64,000 nucleotides of DNA, from IMG/VR virus record IMGVR_UViG_3300025859_000003, one strand, 5' to 3'. The translations under genes were made by a program, and so were the position numbers. The stretch is from a virus. Taxonomy: Duplodnaviria; Heunggongvirae; Uroviricota; Caudoviricetes. Below, piece by piece: positions 59,687 to 64,000 of the stretch (its first letter is position 1; every line of letters begins with the position of its first letter). Below the pieces are notes generated by a model. It was not told the DNA's origin. It made no database searches and was given only the letters and a program-made list of their open reading frames with translations.

Positions 59687-61054
59687 ATGTCTTCAAACGA
59701 ACTCGGCTCCCGCTATCAGCTGGCCTCCCGAGAGACGCGATTGGTCAACGACATCGTCGAGATGCTGGCGACGATTCGTCGCGTCAGCGAAGGCAAGTAC
59801 CTGGAGGCGCTGGCCCTGCTTCAGCAGGCCCGCGTTCCCACGTCTGCCTCTCGTCTGCGTCAGACCAACCTGCTCACTCTTCAGGCTGGCCATGCCCTTT
59901 TGACCGGCTTCATTTCCGAGGCTGTGCGCGTGGCGCAGCTCGACATGCCGGCTTACCAGCGTGCCACGCTGGACGTCACCAACATCGACGCTGGCCTGAA
60001 GAATGCCACTACCGTTCCGTTCACGATGATCGGCGCCGACGGTAACCGCTACGATGCCTTCGTGGCCATCGGCGCTACCAACGCCCTGATCTTTGCTGCC
60101 TTCGAGCAGAACAACCCGAGCGGCACGACCACCAACCTGGTTCAGGTGGAAGCCGGTGCGACCGCTACGGGTATCGTGTCCAAGCGCAACGACCGCGAGG
60201 TCTTTGTGCGCTCGGTCCAGGCCGCCAGCCACTTCGTCTACCCGTGCTCGATCAACGCGCTCGGTGTTCCGGTCGTGGGTGCGGCGATCAACGGTGTGAC
60301 CCTGACGGCCATCGGAAACGACCGCCCGCTTTCTCGCGACTACTTCGACGGCCAGTACCTGTGGGTGGTTACCCAGAGCACTGCCGGTCCGTCCATCCGT
60401 GTTCACAAAATCAACGTGGCCACAGGCGTGGAAGAAGGCTACCGCTCCATCACTGCTTGCGCGGTTGGTGTGGGCCCGGTCGCTCTCTTTGCTCACGGCG
60501 ACGACGCGGTGGTCATCGTTGAAGACGCCGCCGGCGTTCTTCGCGCCACCTACTTCTCGATCGCGGACGGCTCAGGCGCCGGCGCTTCGACCGCCGCTGC
60601 TGCGGGTACTGCCCTGCAGACTCCGGCTCCCAACGAGCTGCTGGCGAGCTCGCTGTTCATCTCGGCCCCGTTCGCTCCGGTGGGCGGAACGTATACCGGA
60701 CTTCGCATGTTCCTCATGCCGGACGGTACCGACCCGTCCGAGCCGGTTCAGCGCGTCGACATCTACCCTGCACTGGGTGCCGCGGGCAACGTTCAGACCG
60801 GCATCATGGGACGCAACGACATCGTTGTGGGAGCGGAAGCCGCAATCACGGCGGACGGTGAGCACATCATCGCCATCGACGACACTGCGAACCTCGCCGT
60901 GCTGTATGACGTGACCCAGGGCGAAGAGCTCAAGGTTACCTCGGTGGTCTTCCTTACCACGGTGGTCCAGCTGGCTCCGGTCACTGTCGGTCCGGTTCTG
61001 GCCAACGTCACCCAGGCCGCGGCGGAAACGATCCTCGCAATCGGTGTCCGCTAG
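59687..61054 (+). CDS. Putative virion fibre/spike protein (helical N-term, beta-propeller-like C-term)
   Basis: SD AGGAG, TACAAT box, Ala/Val/Thr-rich, FDGQYLWV and ADGEHI blade-like motifs. Confidence 0.5.
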   Translation: MSSNELGSRYQLASRETRLVNDIVEMLATIRRVSEGKYLEALALLQQARVPTSASRLRQTNLLTLQAGHALLTGFISEAVRVAQLDMPAYQRATLDVTNIDAGLKNATTVPFTMIGADGNRYDAFVAIGATNALIFAAFEQNNPSGTTTNLVQVEAGATATGIVSKRNDREVFVRSVQAASHFVYPCSINALGVPVVGAAINGVTLTAIGNDRPLSRDYFDGQYLWVVTQSTAGPSIRVHKINVATGVEEGYRSITACAVGVGPVALFAHGDDAVVIVEDAAGVLRATYFSIADGSGAGASTAAAAGTALQTPAPNELLASSLFISAPFAPVGGTYTGLRMFLMPDGTDPSEPVQRVDIYPALGAAGNVQTGIMGRNDIVVGAEAAITADGEHIIAIDDTANLAVLYDVTQGEELKVTSVVFLTTVVQLAPVTVGPVLANVTQAAAETILAIGVR

Positions 61055-61079
61055 ACCTGAAACTGTTACACGTGTACAA

Positions 61080-61112
61080 GAGGGCCCGACGCGAGTCGGG
61101 TCCTCGCTTTTT
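61080..61112 (+). terminator. Intrinsic terminator
   Basis: GAGGGCCCGAC-GCGA-GTCGGGTCCTC-GCTTTTT. Confidence 0.8.
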
Positions 61113-61302
61113 GGGGTGAAAGCCACCCCCGCAAAAAACGCGGTCGCTGTGGTCTAAGGAGATGCGAGGGATTTTGCTTTCAATCGACTCTGGAGCACTA
61201 CCACTGGACGAGGATCGTCCTTATTTTAGGCGAGGCTGCAGACCAGAAAAGAACGAGAGCTTGATCCGTTTTCTGTACATGTACACGTGAACAAAGGAAA
61301 CC

Positions 61303-61761
61303 ATGAGCATTTACAAGATGCAGGACGCTCCGGTGGTCGAAAACGTGCGTGATCTCAACACACGCATGGCCGACGTCGACAACCTGGAAGCCGGCGTGAA
61401 GGGGATCACGAAGATCCTCAAGAACATGGAGAAGCAGCGGCAGGACGACCTGGCGAACATCAACGCGAACTTCAAGAGCATCGACAAGCAGCTCAAGAAC
61501 CGCCCGGCCGCCAACGTCGCCAGCAAGCTGCCGGCCGTCGGCCACGTGGCCAAGGCCACAGCTCAGGGTGCCATGTACTATGGCCCCCGCACGGCGCTGT
61601 TCCTGGTGGTGACGATCATCTCGATCGCCATCGCCGCGATCTTCTACAGCGGCCAGTTCGAGCAGCCGGAAATCGCCACCATGGCGTGGATGTCCATCTA
61701 CGCATGCGCCGGCGCTTTCGTGCCTTCGGCGGCACTGACCTGGATCACCCGTCGCAAGTAA
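61303..61761 (+). CDS. Coiled-coil membrane protein (2 TM)
   Basis: Two C-terminal hydrophobic helices, basic end. Confidence 0.6.
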   Translation: MSIYKMQDAPVVENVRDLNTRMADVDNLEAGVKGITKILKNMEKQRQDDLANINANFKSIDKQLKNRPAANVASKLPAVGHVAKATAQGAMYYGPRTALFLVVTIISIAIAAIFYSGQFEQPEIATMAWMSIYACAGAFVPSAALTWITRRK

Positions 61762-61796
61762 AGGGCTGATCCCTCGTTGAAAGGAGGGGAATCCCG

Positions 61797-62429
61797 ATGG
61801 GTGAGGAGATCGAAGTCCAGCCGGGTGACCTGGACCGGCTGGAGGAGGTGGTTACAAACCTCCCAAGCCGCAAGGACGTTGACATTCATAACGAACTTGC
61901 GGAACACCGCAGGACAAAGGCTGGAGGGGGCCCTCCGGTAGCCCCGGAGCGGCACCCTGTGGCCGTGCAGCAAAAGGTGGAGACGCTCAACGAAGAGGTG
62001 CTCGTCATGGAGCATTCTCTCTCCAGGGAACGTCTCCGCCGGAAGGAAGTAGAAGCACGCCTGGAGAAGACGGAGAAGGCGCTCGCCGAGGTGCATGAAG
62101 ACATGGCCAAGTTCCATGAGATGTACGGAACTCGTGTCGACGTGTGGCTCCAGAGCACTCCGCGATGGGTGCGTGCGATCTACTACCCGGTAAGGGTGCT
62201 CTTCGCTGGATCGGCGGCAATGACCATGTTCAACGTTCCGACAGCCCTGATGGCGTCGGCGTTTGATTGGACTGGCTTTGCCAAGCTACTCTGGTTCGGC
62301 GCCGTGGCTGGATTCGTGGGATTCTTTGTCTTCGGATTCCTGTCCAAGCTTACGGCACCTGAATGGGTGAAGAAACCGGGAAAGAAGGAAAAGAAAGACA
62401 ACGATTCAGAAGACCTGCAGACCTTCTGA
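61797..62429 (+). CDS. Coiled-coil membrane protein (2 TM)
   Basis: SD AGGAGG, coiled coil then two hydrophobic helices. Confidence 0.6.
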   Translation: MGEEIEVQPGDLDRLEEVVTNLPSRKDVDIHNELAEHRRTKAGGGPPVAPERHPVAVQQKVETLNEEVLVMEHSLSRERLRRKEVEARLEKTEKALAEVHEDMAKFHEMYGTRVDVWLQSTPRWVRAIYYPVRVLFAGSAAMTMFNVPTALMASAFDWTGFAKLLWFGAVAGFVGFFVFGFLSKLTAPEWVKKPGKKEKKDNDSEDLQTF

Positions 62430-62453
62430 GTCGATAGCAGACTCGCCTAAAAC

Positions 62454-62494
62454 AAGAAAGGGCGGCGGCTCACCCGCCGTCGTCCTTTCTTTTT
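62454..62494 (+). terminator. Intrinsic terminator
   Basis: AAGAAAGGGCGGCGG..CCGCCGTCGTCCTTTCTTTTT. Confidence 0.65.
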
Positions 62495-62516
62495 AGGGGC
62501 CCGTAAGGAGAACTCC

Positions 62517-62801
62517 ATGGGATCACTCGGTAAGAAACTTCGTCGGAAAAAGTTCCACAAGCAAAAGAAAAAGCTCATCCGGGAATACCAGAAGCTTTCT
62601 CCTGAGCAGCAGGACGCAAAGAGGGACCTGACGAACGCGATGCTGAACGTCATAGACGATCGCATTGAAAGGGGAAAGCTCAAGCCCGCTGACCGGCTGG
62701 TTAGCAGGAAGCCGCCTACCCCTGAGGACGTCATGAACACTATTGATCTGCTCAAGGAGGTTGATTCTGATGAGAAAGACCGGAAGGTTGATACCGACTA
62801 A
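62517..62801 (+). CDS. Hypothetical basic protein
   Basis: SD AAGGAG. Confidence 0.55.
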   Translation: MGSLGKKLRRKKFHKQKKKLIREYQKLSPEQQDAKRDLTNAMLNVIDDRIERGKLKPADRLVSRKPPTPEDVMNTIDLLKEVDSDEKDRKVDTD

Positions 62802-63099
62802 GTACTGTCGCGTGATCATCCATGCCGGGGGCGCCTGTCAGGCCACATGTGTGGTCTGGGGTGAAGACGTGGAGAAGGACGAAGTACCTTTCACCGAAGA
62901 TTACGTTGAGTTCTATCAGGTGAACCTGGACGAAGCCGGCGTGTCCGCCCAGGAAATCAAGAAGCTTGAAAATCTCCCGCCGGAATTCGATTTCGAAAGC
63001 CTTACCGTGCTGAAGCCCCTCAAAGAGGCGGCCATAAAGCACGTTGTCCTCAAGGCTTTAGAAGAAAGGTTGAAGCTAAAACTAGTCTACAAGGGTTAG
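62770..63099 (+). CDS. Hypothetical protein
   Basis: SD AGGAGG before MRKTG. Confidence 0.5.
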   Translation: MRKTGRLIPTKYCRVIIHAGGACQATCVVWGEDVEKDEVPFTEDYVEFYQVNLDEAGVSAQEIKKLENLPPEFDFESLTVLKPLKEAAIKHVVLKALEERLKLKLVYKG

Positions 63100-63161
63100 C
63101 CGACCCCTGCCGAAAACTCGATTCTTGTTGATCAAGTGTACGGATAGCAAAGGAATTTTTC

Positions 63162-64000
63162 ATGACTACAAAGTTCAAGTACATCGCTGTGTCCCCTTCC
63201 TGGCAGTGGTGCTGCAAGGATTGCAATACGGACATGCGTCCGACTCTGGTGACGATCCACTCAGCGAAGATACGAAAGAGCGGGCCCGCGAGGATGTACG
63301 GACCTAAGCCTATTTCCATCCCCGATGCAAATCAGGAGATCTACTCCGTCGACAAAAAGCCCATGGAGTCTTATTTGGAGTGCAGCGACTGCGGGAACAA
63401 TTACGTTGCTCAGCCCGTAGGAGACAGCGCAGCTGAACTCATCCGTGAAGAAGGAGTTGAGGAGTTGACACTGGAATTGGCCAACGGGTTGGAGATTCAC
63501 GCTTTCGTTCCGGGGGAAGACGGCAGGTTGTACGGAGACTCTGACGTCGACGGTTTCGCTCCCCGCAACATGTTCTGGGGTGTCGGGCTGCAAAAGAATA
63601 AAAAGAAAGGAGACGATAACGTCGGGATATGGCCTCTCATGAAGAACGACAGTCTCATCTGGTCGTTCAATGTAGGACTTACGCTGGACAATTTCAGGTT
63701 CAGCGAAGACCTTCAAACGATGCTCACCCGCCCTTGTCGCATCGCAGCCGGAAAAGAGGACATCTCCCCGTACATGGCTGCGAACGACGCCATCAGGCAG
63801 GACTTGGTTACATGGATACGTGAAGATCTGATCGAACTTGAAGCCGATTACATCTTGAAGCACTACGTGAACAGCCTGGTGAAGTACCACCGTAACGCCA
63901 TCTGGTGGAAACAGAACAGTGTTTCCCATCTGGACATCCCCAACTACGGTAAGCACCATGAAGGTGGCTTTGGCCTCGTCGACGGGCTTGCTCCGCCGGC
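63162..64000 (+). CDS. Hypothetical Zn-ribbon protein, runs off the window (missing from the ORF track)
   Basis: SD AAGGA, MTTKFKY..., CKDC...CSDC, no stop before 64000. Confidence 0.6.
   Translation, partial: MTTKFKYIAVSPSWQWCCKDCNTDMRPTLVTIHSAKIRKSGPARMYGPKPISIPDANQEIYSVDKKPMESYLECSDCGNNYVAQPVGDSAAELIREEGVEELTLELANGLEIHAFVPGEDGRLYGDSDVDGFAPRNMFWGVGLQKNKKKGDDNVGIWPLMKNDSLIWSFNVGLTLDNFRFSEDLQTMLTRPCRIAAGKEDISPYMAANDAIRQDLVTWIREDLIELEADYILKHYVNSLVKYHRNAIWWKQNSVSHLDIPNYGKHHEGGFGLVDGLAPP

Noticed and set aside
63125..63307. 60-aa ORF from the track
   Set aside because: Overlaps the better-supported frame starting at 63162 that runs off the window.

Overview
64-kb segment (~57% GC by eye) of a large, probably jumbo, contractile-tailed (myovirus-like) dsDNA phage genome. 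No host or phage name can be assigned from sequence alone. Layout: (1-15.2 kb, +) intein-containing prohead protease, scaffold/core proteins, major capsid, neck, tail sheath and tube; (15.2-32.3 kb, -) sigma factor, RuvC, Cas4-like nuclease, resolvase, RecA, SF2 helicase, family A DNA polymerase, SSB, primase, DnaB and loader; (32.4-36.6 kb, -) a four-gene operon that reads as a phage-encoded ubiquitin-like conjugation system (Gly-terminated small protein, candidate E2-like protein, E1/ThiF, papain-like Cys protease); (39.5-43.9 kb, +) tail chaperone pair with a -1 frameshift site and tape measure; small accessory genes on both strands; (54.7-61 kb, +) baseplate genes. Non-coding signals: a 23-bp dyad (RTGGYYGCAGA-S-TCTGCRRCCAY) present eight times and spread across the whole window, a promoter-driven structured ~105-nt RNA at 45.65 kb, a GGCCTAAG promoter-like motif, and a pervasive K-x-A motif in head proteins that may mark protease cut sites. 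All product calls come from motifs recognised by eye plus synteny; no database search was run.
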